Below, in pieces: positions 1 through 13,000 of a DNA stretch of 64,000 bases. The stretch is taken from assembly GCF_001447785.1 (NCBI RefSeq), contig NW_015164218.1, forward strand, positions 248,001 to 312,000, in the 5' to 3' direction. The notes beneath the pieces were generated by a model. The model searched no databases. It was not told the DNA's origin and worked only from the letters and a program-made list of their open reading frames with translations. Within the stretch, counting starts at the first letter, position 1. Each line of letters starts with the position of its first letter. Both the position numbers and the translations under genes were made by a program. Source of the DNA: Gekko japonicus. Taxonomy: Eukaryota.

Positions 1-432
1 TACTGAAGCAAACCCAAAAGTCCCACAGCAGACCAGAAAGACGTTTTTGAGGATCTATCCAAAAGAAAGGAAACAAGTTTTTGAAGGACACATTTCTGGG
101 GATATAAGAAAGAGGGGGGGGGGACTCTCCCTTCCGCAGGGGTGCTTTGCTTTGTTGGAGGCCTTGGTCTGCAGAGGAATATCCACATGACATCGTCCTC
201 CAATCATTTGCTTCCCCTGCTTTGGTCCAACCCGCTGGGTACGATATTTTCAGAAAGACTGCAGTCAAAGTGGGTTTTCGGACTCAGTTGGGAAGGCCAC
301 ACTGGCACCATTTCCCCTTCCTCTATACCACCGAGGTCATGGTGAATCTTCCAAAAGCATCCCCATGACTGGCCCATTGCACTTCCGCAGGGCAAAAAAA
401 ACCCTTAGAAGAGCACTCAAGAGTAGTACCTT

Positions 433-836
433 CAGGGGTCATTTCCTGCAGGAGCGCACGGGAGCGGAGCTCCGGCAGTAAAGAGCCCAGGGGGCGGGCA
501 CATGCAACAAGCCCCACCCCCTGCTCCCAGCAGCCCTCAGTCAGAGCATAAAGCAGCCAGGTAAGTTGCAGAGCCCCCCCCCCCGCCACCCCAAACAGTC
601 CAGTGGCACCTTTAAGACCAAGTTTTATTCAGGTACAAGCTCTCCCTCCTCTGCGAGGACAGATCTGCACGTCCCCCCCCCATAAGCTAGCAATCCAAAA
701 CAGTCCAGTGGAGGTTGAGCGGTGGTGGGTGTTGCCTTCTGACACACTTCTGGTGATGTCAGAGGGTGTGGCAAATTTATGCTAATGAGTTATGCTAATG
801 AGCTCCTGCACCTCTTTGTCTACGAAATGACCCCCG
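433..836. mobile_element. hAT-type MITE (copy A)
   Basis: TIR CAGGGGTCATTT...AAATGACCCCCG; perfect 8-bp TSD AGTACCTT (425-432, 837-844). Confidence 0.88.
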
Positions 837-2545
837 AGTACCTTCAGCACTTCTCCAATCATCCCCCTTTCTGCTTGTTTCCCAAAGGCTCATAGGGATG
901 CTTTTGAAAGGTTTCACCATGACCTAGGTGTATACAGCAGGACTGGGCTAGCAGAAAGGCAGATTGTTGGAGATGTATTGAAGTTTACCACTCTTGAGTG
1001 CCCTTCTGACTGCTCTTGCCCCATGGAGGGGTATTTAGAATGTATTTTATGTTGGTTTTAAAACTGTAAGCTGCCCTGAGCCGCTTTGGCGGGAGGGCGG
1101 GGTAGAAATCTAATAAATAAACATTTAAATGCCTTCTAAAGGTAATTAACTGCCATCTGAGCTGTCTTGCCTGCTGGAGGTTCATGGGTAGATCGTGGGA
1201 GACACATTTCTCCTGGGGTCCATTTGTTGGTGTCATTGTTGATGTCACTGCATTGGGAGGGGTGTGACCCTCCCCAAATTCCACAGCCCCCCCCGCCACA
1301 TTTTCTGACTAAGGGGTAGTTCATAGGGTTGCCGCTCACCATAAATTGGGACTTCGTTGGGACTTCACAGCCCTTAACACAAAGTTTGAACCAAAAGAGC
1401 TACTATTGTTTCGACTGTTGCTTCCAAATTACAGCAGCATAGGAGCAAATAAGGTCATAGTGAGTGGGAAGGAGGGATTTATAAAGTTATTATAGGTATG
1501 AGAATGGGGGAGCGTCTAAATGAGCATGTTTCAATTCTCTCAGAAATGCTGGAGATAAAGGGTGCACCCCACTCAACTAGTTAAGTGTCATTGCCACAGT
1601 GGTTTGTAGCATCAGCACACTGGGCTGGAAACGGCACCATGGTTGGGCGCTGGACAGCCATTGCAGAAGCCTACCTCTTCGACAGCGTCTTAAGAGCCAC
1701 CGCTGACGGCTGTGGCACTGTGCAAATGCGACAGGAATAAGGAGAGGAATCACCAACACTTGAAATCCAGCGTTTGCCCTTGTGCCTGGTTGCAAAATTT
1801 CCCTGAATATCTGGGGCACGACTTTTTAAAGGGGTAAAAATGTCTGGCTGCGCAGATGTCCTCCATCAACCTCCGGCGCCGAAAAGTTTTTCAAAGAATG
1901 CATTTGCAATTATGTATGCGTTATGACCCACTACTAGGGCGAGATAAACAACCAGAACTCCTCGCATGATGATGACGCCATCACGGAGTGACAGTTTTCC
2001 CCGATGACGATAGCACGACGTGATGACCTTTCCCTGGTCTCCATGGAGACGACATTGCTGCTGGGGAGGGGCTGGAAGGCCCCGCTTTACTCCACCCTGG
2101 AAGGCTCCGCTTTACTCCACCCTGAAAGGCGCACCCCACCACACACACATACAAAAACTACATTTCCCATAAAGCTCAAGATAAAAAGGCGCTGCAAGGT
2201 ACTATGGGATAGGGCAAAGGCTTTGGGTTAGTGACGCTTTCTGCCTGGCAATCCTGTCTTGGTCTTGGAAGATCGTCTTTAGGCACAGGCATTACATTGT
2301 ACTTATTGATTGCACATTGTCGAATGCTACACTTCCCCTCGCGCTTATTTCCGAGGAAAAGAGGCGTCTATACTTGAATCTTCCATATACGGGGCAAAAG
2401 TACAAAATTATTAAAATCTCGTGTTTACCTGCAGCAGCAAAAGTAAACAGTGGTCTCATGGCACTTAAAAAAAATAGAACATTTTGTTATGACATAAATG
2501 TTCGTGGACTGGAGTCTACGCTAAGCAGGATTAGTGCTTTCAGTC

Positions 2546-2875
2546 GTTGTTGTTCAGTCGCATAGGCGAGTCTGACTCTTCGTGACCCCATGGACCACAT
2601 CACGCCAGGCCCTCCTGTCTTCCGTCATGCTCTGGAGTTTGCTCAATTTCATGTTCGTTGCCTCGATAACACCGTCTAACCATCTCATCCTTTGCCGTCC
2701 CCGTCTTCTTTGACCTTCAATCTTTCCCAGCATCAGGGTCTTCTCCAGTGAGTGCCCCCTTCTCATTTGGTGGCCAAAGTATTTGAGCTTCAGCTTCAGT
2801 ATCTGGCCTTCCAGGGAACAGTCAGGGTTGATTTCTTTGAGGATTGACTGATTTGATCTTCTTGCAGTCCAGGGG
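2546..2875 (-). mobile_element. RTE/BovB LINE 3' fragment
   Basis: Translates as WTARRSNQSILKEINPDCSLEGQILKLKLKYFGH...LEKTLMLGKIEGQRRRGRQRMRWLD...VHGVTKSQTRL, the BovB ORF C-terminus, followed by a (CAA)n tail. Confidence 0.92.
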
Positions 2876-3057
2876 AGTAACCAGGACACCATGCTAGTTT
2901 TCTAGGTTAGGCGGAGAGAGAGTGACTAGCTCAAGGACACCCATTTGGCTTGGGATTTAACCCCATCTCCTTCATCAGTCATGTACAACACTATAATGAC
3001 TAGGGTTTTCACATCCATTCTCATAACAACCCTGTGAGGTAGGCTAGGCTAAGACTA

Positions 3058-3856
3058 TAGGGTTGTCAGCCTCCAGGTGGTGGCTGCAGATCTCCTGGAA
3101 TTACAACTGATCTCCAGAGATCAGTTCGCCTGGAGAAAATGGCCGCTTTGGAAGGTGGGCCAAATATGGCATTATATCCCACTGGAGGCTCTCCCAAACC
3201 CTGCCCTCCTCAGGCTCCACCCCAAAATCTCCAGGTGTTTCCCCAACCTGGAGCTGGCGGCTAAGAGAGAGCAACTGGCCTAATGACATCCAGTTGACGG
3301 AGGATTTGAACCTATCTATCCCCTCCTCAGCAGGCCTTGGGGTAAAATCTTTTTTTGATCCTTAGATGGACCTAATCCCTCATTGGCTGTTTGGAACTAG
3401 GGTTACCAATCTTCAAGAAAAGCCTGGAGATCTCCTGGAATTAACATTTGATCTCCAGACTACGGAGATCGAGACGCCCTAAAGACAACAGCAGTTTTGG
3501 AGGACGGGCTGTATGGCATATCTCTCCTGAGCTCCTCCTCCTTCCCCACACTCTGCCCATCGCCCAAATCCAGGAAACACCCCCCCTCCCGAAACCAGCC
3601 GCGCATCCAAGGGTTGCCAGGTCCCCTTTGGCCCCCGGCAAGAGATGGACGGGTAGAATTGCCAGCTCTAGGTTTGGGGACTCATGGAGATTTGGGGATG
3701 GAGCCTGGAGAGGACAGGGACCTCAGTGAGGTACAATGCCATAGAGTCCCCCCTCCAAATCAGCCATTTTATCTAAGGGAACGGGTCTTTGTAGTCTGGA
3801 GATGAGCTGTAATTCCGGGGGATCCCCAAGTCCCACCTGGAGGCTGGCATCTCTAG
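3058..3856. mobile_element. Cluster of short TAGGGTTGCCA-terminated interspersed elements (MITE-like)
   Basis: Repeated tagggttgcca / ggagatctcctggaattacaactgatctccag / ggaggctggcatcccta blocks; further copies at about 37297-37515, 44644-44826 and 45525-45712. Confidence 0.7.
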
Positions 3857-3949
3857 CGCATCCCCACTATGAGCGCACACAGAATTCCGTGCATGCCCAC
3901 TGTCCCCGCACATGGAGGACCCTAACTAAACAAATGTCATCGGCAACTC

Positions 3950-4340
3950 GAAATCTTCTTCGAGAATTAGGAAGACCGTAGCCCTTTGGTCTCGCACAGC
4001 ACTGCGGGAGCGGCCGCCCTCCGTTCCTACATCTCCCATCGCACCGTGCGCACCGTTCCCCTCAACGGGAATTCGAGGCATTTCGGGAGTTGTAGTCCGT
4101 TCGGCCGCTCTTTGCGCGAGGGATGGTGCCCTGTGGACTGCATCTCCCAGAACGCTCAGAAGCTCTGTTGCCCCGCCTTTCTCGACCACCCTCCCCGCAG
4201 TAGGGCCGAGCTGAGTAAAATGGCTGCCGCAGAGGCCGGGCCCGGGCAGTGTCGGCGGCAGTGGCCGAACCTCCTCCTCCTCCTCTTCTTGTGCTAAAGA
4301 GGGGCGGGCGGAAGGCCTAACTTTGCTGTGGAGCCGGGTA
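3950..4340 (+). promoter_or_regulatory. SCAF1 CpG-island promoter and probable non-coding exon 1 (to about 4337)
   Basis: CpG-rich; three ZNF143/THAP11-type ACTACAnnTCCCA-like motifs (4026-4045 +, 4078-4098 -, 4135-4155 +); YY1 motif AAAATGGCTGCC at 4217-4228; candidate donor gg|gtaatt at 4338 followed by a G-rich intron start. Confidence 0.75.
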
Positions 4341-6949
4341 ATTATGGCAACCTGATGGGGAAAAGCATTGCTGAAGAAGCTAATATTGTGGCCGGGAGTG
4401 GGGGTGGTATTTTTGGGGGGGGGGGGGGGGGTTGGTTTGGGGGGGGGGGGGGGGGGGTGTATTAGGTGTGCGCAGTGCAGGGGTGAAGGCCTGAAAACAA
4501 CAGAGGCGGCGGCATTGGGGTGACATTAGAGAAGGGTGTCATTTCTAAGGCATGGGAGGGGGGGTGATGAGGAGGGAGATCGTTGGGGGGCTGGTTTGGG
4601 GCTTAATTTGGAGTCGAGAGGATCCCCCTAATTGTGGCCGGGGGGGAGGGGCTTTGGAGCTGCGAAGGTTAGAAATTACGAAGGAAGAGAGACAATGGTA
4701 TACGGAGAATACGCTGTGTGTTTCTCTCGGAAGGGAGAGAAAGGTCTTGGAAGGGTCAGTGCGCGCTTTAAGGGTCTTCCGAGTGTCTTCCGAGGAAGCC
4801 ACTAACTTTGGTGGGAATGGAAGCGTTTTGCGGCCTGCACATCTATGCAAGCTGGTAGTGTTGGGACATTTTAATGTGGCTTGGAGATGCGGTGTGGGGC
4901 TTTTGTTGGCCTTGGCAGGATGTTGGGGGGCCCTTTCTATGTGTTCAAGGTAAGAAGCTGATCGTTGAGAAATTGGGGGAGGTCTGAGTTAGTGGCCTGT
5001 GGATCTAAGGTTGGGGGAGGAGAGCTCATTTTAACATTCCGAAACCTGGATTGTTGGAGGAAATGTGTGATTAATGGAGTTCGTATACATCAAAGGGACT
5101 GTGGGCCTAAGATGCAGGTTATGGAGAACAACAACTCCGGCCAAACATTGTGCAGATCTGAAGAGTGAATAAGGGTGAGAGCAGGAAAAATGAAAGTAGA
5201 AAGTGCACGGTGAAGTGATAGATACAGCTGCTAACAGGCTGTTCAAAATATGGAGTTTTGGGGGGTCCTGTTTGGCAGCCTGGTGGTGTGATGCTTGCTA
5301 AGGGGAGATGACATTCAGATGTTGCAATTCAGTATGAGAAATTGGTGGGATGGTGGGTTAGAGTTCTGGTGTGTGTGTGTGGGGGGGGCGGGCGGAGATG
5401 CAGTCCTGAGTGAAATGACTTGGTTTTAAAGAAGAGGTTGGATAAAGAACTGTTATGAGTTTTTAGGTGTGGGGCGTCATTGGGGAAATGAAGTTGGGCA
5501 GATGGTCTGCTGGGTGGTTTCCTACTGTCTGTGCTTTTTGCAGTATATAACAACAGTGCACATCTTCTGGTTCTGCTAATGTGTCGCATCTGACATGCAA
5601 TGGTACAGAGCAAACAGATTATTTAATAGACGGGGAACTTCGAAAGACTAGGTGAGCAGTTGAGGCTCTTTGGTCCTTACCTCCTTAAAGCTTAGAAAAC
5701 GTGTTGAATGTCCTAATCCTTCCAGCAAATCCTAAGTGGTATTTTGCCATTCTCTTGATTTGCTTTGTCATTCCAGTGCTAAAAATCCCACCTCTTGGAC
5801 ACCTTCAGCCTGTCATTTGAGTTCACTCCTGTCACTTTCCCTGATGTGCTCGTTGCTTTTAATTCTTGAGTTGTTCCATCAGGCTTTTATAGAAGGGGTG
5901 GACTGTGTCTTCAAGTGGAGAAAAAAGTCACATACACTGGGAAAGGCAGAAAAGATGCCGGGTTGTGGGCAAAGGGGGTGGGGACACAGGAGGAAGCCTG
6001 TGAGCCTTAAATGGGCTGAGTCTTGGTATGGAAGTCAGGCAGCTAAGGAGGAGAGTTCATGTGTGGGTAGTGTTTGACTATGGAAACCTGATTTAGCAGG
6101 TTTTAGATATAAGGGCTAAGGAGGAAGGAATTAGTAGCAGAAGAGGACATGAAACAGTGAAGTCTAGATGAGCCTTATATCAGGCTTTGGCTTTTATTAT
6201 AGGGAATGGAAGCATTTTATTATTTAACATTTCCCCACCAAGAGAGGGGCTCTTAAAGCTCACCGGTGCTCATCCTGGGAACACCTCTGGCTTTAGGCAC
6301 TTGCTGTGATACAAGACAGCTTCTGGGGCTAGATCCTGATGTTTTCCCCTTTCCTTCTTTCTGCCCCTGGCTTGCAAGTGTGCCTGGAACATGTCTCTTC
6401 TCAAAGGGAACAGGGATGATTGTATGTGGGATAAGACGCCTTAGTCTGCAGTTACTGTCTGATTTAAACACGCAGGCTTCAAACATGGCAAGTGTTTAAT
6501 ATTCGATCATGGCATTTTCTCTTGTTCACATTTGGGCAATAATTAGAAATGCATAATTGGCACGCCGAAGTATCTCTTAAAGAAAGCCAGACGTGAGCTG
6601 TTCATTCCCAGCCCTTCCCACCTCTCCCTGAAAATGCTTACCCCTGAATACAGGTGATGACAAATCCCAACTCTGGGTTAGAGTAGGGAAGGGGTGGGTG
6701 TTTTCCTGAGAAGGGAGTAGGGTCTGGTGGTTAGAAATGCAGGCCAGGAGCCAGGTCTGTGGGTGGTGCGTGACATATCTGTGCGTGTTCCAGGCTTGGA
6801 TGCCAGGATCCCTGAATTCTGCGCAAGCGGGATGCAGTGTGCAAGAAACTAGACTGAAGCATTCAAGGGGGTCAGATGCTAGAATATTGCTGATATTGCT
6901 GACCCTTCCCTCCCTCGGTCATCATCCAGGATTTGCAGTTCCTGCAGAC

Positions 6950-7087
6950 ATGGAAGAGGAGGAGAATGGACACCCCCCGGTAAGGGAGGATCCTGCACGA
7001 GGTGGGGAGAAGCCGGCCGCTGAACCGTCTCTCGATGCAGATTGGGACCAGTCGGGTGCCTTCTGTGCTGGCCAGGTTATCATTTTG
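6950..7087 (+). CDS. SCAF1: SCAF1 coding exon 1 ([10 protein letters not shown]...GQVIIL)
   Basis: ATG at 6950 (gacATGg) after a pyrimidine tract and AG; donor gtaatg at 7088, phase 0. Confidence 0.8.
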
Positions 7088-10000
7088 GTAATGGCTGCCT
7101 CTCTTTCTCATGGGTCTGTGATGGGCATCGCTTCTGAACTTTTGTTTTTGGATTGTGGTTGGCAGATGCTATGCATGCTGGGAAACTCTGCCTTGTGTGG
7201 TTGAGCTCATGGGGAATGGGAGCAGCCATTGTGGGAGAGTGGGCTTGGCATTGCTGGGAGCATTAATTTGTCTTGTCCACTCTAGAGATGCAAATGAGTG
7301 TCTAAAGCTAGGTTGCTTATTTACATATGTAAAATGGGCAGCAGATAGTTTTGGAGAGCTCTCCCTGCCTCTCTCTTAGAAGGGTTAGCCTGGCATGTTT
7401 GCCAGTCCTTCCCCTGCCCCTGTCAATGTATAACAAGTTGCTCATGTGTGCAAACTTTTGTCTTGTACTCTGCCTGGGGCACAGGACAGCATATAATGTA
7501 TTATCTTTATGAGGGTTCTTGCAGGAATCTGGAAGAGGCTGGTATAGCTCTGCATGGCATCCTGCCACTGGGTCAAGATTGGATGATGAATTCCCACCAC
7601 TACCACCAACGTAGTACAAGCCCTTTCCCCCTTTTCTCTCTACAATTGAACCTGTAGTGGTGGATTAGAATTCTCTGCTCAGAATCTCAACTCTACATCT
7701 TTGTTGCAGTAGCCACTCCACTCCCACCCCCACCCCAGATTGCATATATGTACACACACAGAGAGCAAGTCCTCTTTGGCTTTGCGGGGACATGGGGAGG
7801 GCTTGGCTTTGTAGGAGAATGGTATGCTTGTAAGGGTGGTGGAGCAAGCCCTGCAGTCCGCAAGAAGGGGCACAGCTAGTTATGAAGGGTGGATGAGCCA
7901 TCCTTGGTTCTTTTATAGTATAATAAGCCCTGGAGGTGTCAGTGTCTCGTCTTCGTGTTTATTGCAAATCTGAGGCCTCTTGCAAGAATCTGGAGGAGGT
8001 CACAAGGCTGACATCAGACAGCGTGGCCTCCTGCCACTTGCTACGGCAACAGCGATTTGTGTCTCCTCTCCTTGTGCAAACTGGAGTTTTGCAGGATTCT
8101 TCAGATGCAGCTGGATTTCTCCACTCACAGCCAGTGATGCTTGGTATGACTGTGGCCCTAAGGATTCCCAGGGCTACTTTTTCTGTCCAGAGAAAACAGC
8201 AAACAAATCCCAAATGGTACAGCGGATGACCAAAATATCTGTCTTACATATATCTCACTCATGTCTCAGATTTCGAGATCCTTGGGCCGTCTCACAACTT
8301 AAAGACTAAACATTAACAGATATTTGTTCCTAATGTATCTGACAGAGTGGGCCATCGTCCCTGAAAGCTTATGCTAGAATAAAAGCTTGTTTGTCTTTAT
8401 GATGCTGCACAAGGCCTCTGTTTATTTTTGCTACGACAGACAAACAGGGCTCCCACTCTGAAATTATTCACTTTCCCGGGGAATCATGAGATAATAGCTT
8501 ATTAAAAATGCCAATTTAAGTATACATTAAGCAGTTTTATGACATGTAACATCCCGTTTTATAGTCTATTCTGTAGGTTCTGTAAATTGTAAAGTACATA
8601 AAATTGCAAGGAATTAAAAATATACGCACACCCAAAAACCCAGCTGGAGGAGTGGAGAATACAGAAGTAATTGTTGAATGAAATGTAGGACTGCCCACCT
8701 AATCCACCTGCATTTTATTGATGGATCAGCCCGTCATTCATCTCTCCCTCCACCCCTTAACACAGTGGGCAATCAAGTGTTTGGCTATCTTGAATGCTAG
8801 AATTTGAAGGAGTAAAGAAATGTAACAGATGTTGATAAGGGACTCCCACTGGGTTAAACAAGGGCTTCAAGCCGAATGCCTTATTATAGCAATAACTGAA
8901 TTGCGTGATTGAGATCTCACTGCTAATTGGGCTCCAGTGGAAATAAGCTCCAGGTAACCTACACAACCATAGATGATGGTGAAGTGTGTGCGTGTAAATC
9001 AGAAATGAGGCAACCTTGCAACAATGACATGAAAAGGCCCTGGAAAAAAGCTTTGTCTTTGACCATGGCTTTCCTGCATATCAAAAGGATTTCACAGGCC
9101 CTCTTCTGTGCCTGTCTGTAGGTGGATGTTTGTAGGCTTCTCGGAACTTCACAATCATGTTTTACATCAGCACTTAATTCGTTGCTGAAACTCTGATCCG
9201 AGTTGTCTCTGTGCACGTCAGTGATCTTTTTTTCTTGGCTACCCTTTTTGTTGTGGCTCCTTGTGTTCCCCAATAAGCCATTCCTAAGAATACGGGGCCC
9301 ATTCTGAAGCAGCATGCAGAGGAGCATAGGAAGAGGTCCCCTCCCCCGGCTTAGGGTTCTTTCCATCTTAGGTCTCACTGCTTCATTTTGTCGGAAGCTA
9401 ATTCTTGCATGTTGATGCCTTGTTAACATTTTTCTATTACCGCGCAGGCTTTTTGAAAACCACACCAGCCTTATTTTAACTAAACTTTTTTTGTTTCATG
9501 TTATCCCTGATTGGGTATTCATTAAAGCCTAAATTCTTTATATATGTTTTTAATTTTCTCAAACAAAGTGGGATACAAAAGGAAAGAGGGGATAGGGGAA
9601 AATATAGCTTCATCAAGTTGATCAAATATTATGAGTTATTACATGTAGCAAGTCAAATAAGATGTATTATCAGATGTATTACGTATTTCAGATATAGAAG
9701 CAGACAGTAAAACGTCAATATGAAACAAAAACTTTAATATTAGCGATAATCTATTAATAATAAAAGAGAAAAGAGATTACATCTTTAGCAGTTAAACGTC
9801 TATGCTAAAGCCTAAATTCTGTATTTATTATCCGTCCCCCCACTTTCCCAGGTATGTGTTGTTAGTGATAATCTTCTTTAATAATAAAAGAGAAAAGAGA
9901 TTATATCTTTAGCAGTTAAACGTCTACGCTAAAGCCTAAATTCTTTATTTATTCTCCGTCCCCCCACTTTCCCAGGTATGTGTTAATCGTTCTGTGGGGG

Positions 10001-13000
10001 AATTGTTTATGTATTCAAGCTGTGTGGATTCCAGATCCATAGGATGGTGTTTTCATCTGCCTTTCCAAGAAATCCACCAGAATTGCCAGCTCACCTGCCC
10101 CCCCCATGCATGGATTTAAAAAAAGAATATTATCCTTTAATCTTATACTCCTAAGAGCAATGGTATAGGAGCAGCTGTTCTGGGTTTGGAGGGTTAAGCA
10201 AGAACCAAATAGTATTTCTCTCGTGAGTGCTTCTATCTTTAGCCAAATCAGCCAACTGTGGGGGGTGGAATCCCTTTTTTTTGTCCAAATTTGACATGTT
10301 CTGCCTGATACAATGCACTTCAGTGGGGTTCAAGTCTGCTCTGCTGCTTCCAGTGGGGCTTACTCTCAGTAGGACTTGCTTTCAGGCAAGCATAGGTTTG
10401 TGGTGTCAGGCAGAAATATGTTCCCATGCTTGGAAGTGACATTTCCTTGCAAGTCAGCATGCACTGGAGCTGGGAGCCTGGGAGAGTTGCATCCAGAAAG
10501 CATACTGTCAGTCTTTCCTCCAGAGAGAGAAAGAGAGAGAGAGAAAACATTTATAAAACTGGCTGGCTTCGGGGCATGCAGAAGAAAGGAAACAGAAAGG
10601 TAAATAAGCTGTACAAAGTCAGCACAGATGATCGAGCTGACTTAGACAATGGGAGAGTTTCAGTGAGGCAGGCTATACAATATATATATAAAGGTAACTG
10701 GTGGCAACAAAACCAAGGACTTCAGGTTTAAAAATGTCTCTGGATATGTGCATCAGCAACACAGCAGATTCTTCCTTGGTTGCAAGTAGTGGTGTGCAAA
10801 CCCCCCCCCCCAGTATTTTTTGGGTTTGGATATATAGCACCAAAAATATCGGTATTTCTCAATATTCCTGAATCCCAATAAAAGTATGGTATTTGGATGC
10901 AGGAAATATTTGGTTGTCGATTTCCCCCCGGATCCATTGTACCCTATTGGGGCCATTATAGTCCATAGTACCCGTAGAGTATAATGGAGAATCAATCCAG
11001 GGTTATCTGGGGTTTGGGGGGGCACCAGATTTGCTGCATAGTTGCTGGTGCCCTCAAAAAACTTCCCAAGTTTCAAAAAGATTGGACGAGAGGGTCCTGT
11101 TATATGGGACTTAGAAGAAGGTGCCCCCATCCTCCATTGTTTCCAATGGAGGAAGGAAAAGGCTTTTAAAGGGCTCACAGTCCCTTTAAATGCCTTCTCC
11201 AAGCTGAGAGTTCACTCCAAAGGCATTTAAAGGGACTGAGAGCCCTTTAAATGTCCTTTAACAGTGGCTATCCAGCAGTCCTGAAAAATCCCAAATATTT
11301 TCAGGATTTTTGGGGTTGGACATTTTTAGATAGCTTGATAAGTAGCCCACTGGCTAACCAGCTGGAAAAATACCCCCAAAATACCAATAAGGTATTTCAG
11401 TTTGGTTTATGCCAAATGTATACCCCTAATTGCGACTTGTGTGTCCCTTGCGAGCGCATGGCGATTTGAGAGTTCAGCTTGAATGAGGAAAGCTTTTAAG
11501 CAATGCTTTGTCTTTGCAAATGATTCCTTTTGATGACCTGCTGTAGTCACTTTTGGGATTGCCTTGTGAGATACTCTTTCACTCATGTTGGGCTGAACTT
11601 GTTCTCCTCATTCATATGATTTCACAGATCATCATTGTGGAGTGGGGAAAGCTGGCTGCTTGTAGTCAGGCTTCTGGTTGTTAAGTTCTTGATCTTTGCA
11701 CCTTGCGCTAACTCTATTTCTTGTTTCCTTTTTAATCTTCCCAGAAAGCTTTGCAGCAAGCTGTGGGCAGTGGCTTGGCCGCTGAACTGCAAGATCCAGC
11801 CAGCGAAAAAGGTATCTCAAAATTGAGGGGCTAGCCTTAGATATTGAGAGGAGCTGGAGGAACTGGACTGGGGAGGGGGGTGCACCTTCAGCAATGATAT
11901 CCATGGGCCTTACAACAATTCTGTCTTGGCAATAGGGTTGCCAGTTGCCTGGTGGGGAGAATGTCCCTTTAATAGAGGCTAGGGGTGTGCAGGAAATAAA
12001 AATTCAGTTTTTTTCCCCAGATTCGGGTATAATAAAGCAGAATTTTTTCAGTATTCCTGAATATACCTGAATACCAATATCGGTATTCTATTGGTACCTG
12101 AAACTTTTCGGTATTCCTGAAAAGTTTTGGCTCCATTATATCCTATGGGGCATTGTAGTCAATGACAAATATCTTCTAACAAGTAATCAGGGGGCTGTGG
12201 GGGAGGGGGTTTGAGGTAAAGACACCAAATTTGTCCTGTAGCTGCTGGAGCCTCTCCCCAAAAGACCCCACAAGTTTCAAAAAGATTGGACCAGGGGTCC
12301 AATTCTAGGGGCATCCAAAGAGGGTGCCCCCAATCCTCCATTGTTTCCTATGGGGATGGGGAAAAGACAGGCAGCAGTGTCTCCCCGAGAAAGCCGAAAA
12401 AAACCTGAAAATGTTCAGGGTTTTTTTTTTGGCATTCAGTATTCGGCAGCTGAATCAGCTCAGGGAATCTGATTCAGTATGCCGAATACCAGAAAAATGC
12501 CAAAAAGGGTTATCACGGAGGGTTTTCAATTTGGTTTTACTGAATGCACACCCACAATAGAGGCTTAACACAGAATGCACCCCAACCTGGATGGCCCAGG
12601 CTAGCCTGATCTCATCAGATCTTCGAAGCTAAGCAGGGTCAGCCCTAGTTGGTACTTGGATTGGAGACCATTGAGGAAGTCCAGGGTAGCTGCGCAGAAG
12701 CAGGCAATGGCAAACGACTTCTGTCCATCTCTTGGACTGAAAACCCTTTGGGAGCCACTATAAGTCAGCTGCAACATGATGGTAAACCCCCCACACACAC
12801 ACACACAATGCATGCACCTGCCTTTGCTTCAGTCCGATAGCTACTCTGAGTGCCTGTTTTCATTTTCAGATGCTGAACGCAAGCGCACAAGCCGAAGGAA
12901 ATGGTGCCGGAGCTCCAGATCCGAAGGGCTGGGAGGAAGTTGGCTGGGAACAGGGGATCCTGCGTTGGTCTGTGATAGGAACCCCCCAATGGGTGAGGTA

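Noticed and set aside
12604-12670. 5S rRNA gene
   Set aside because: Partial and diverged, with non-5S flanks shared between dispersed copies; it is a SINE head
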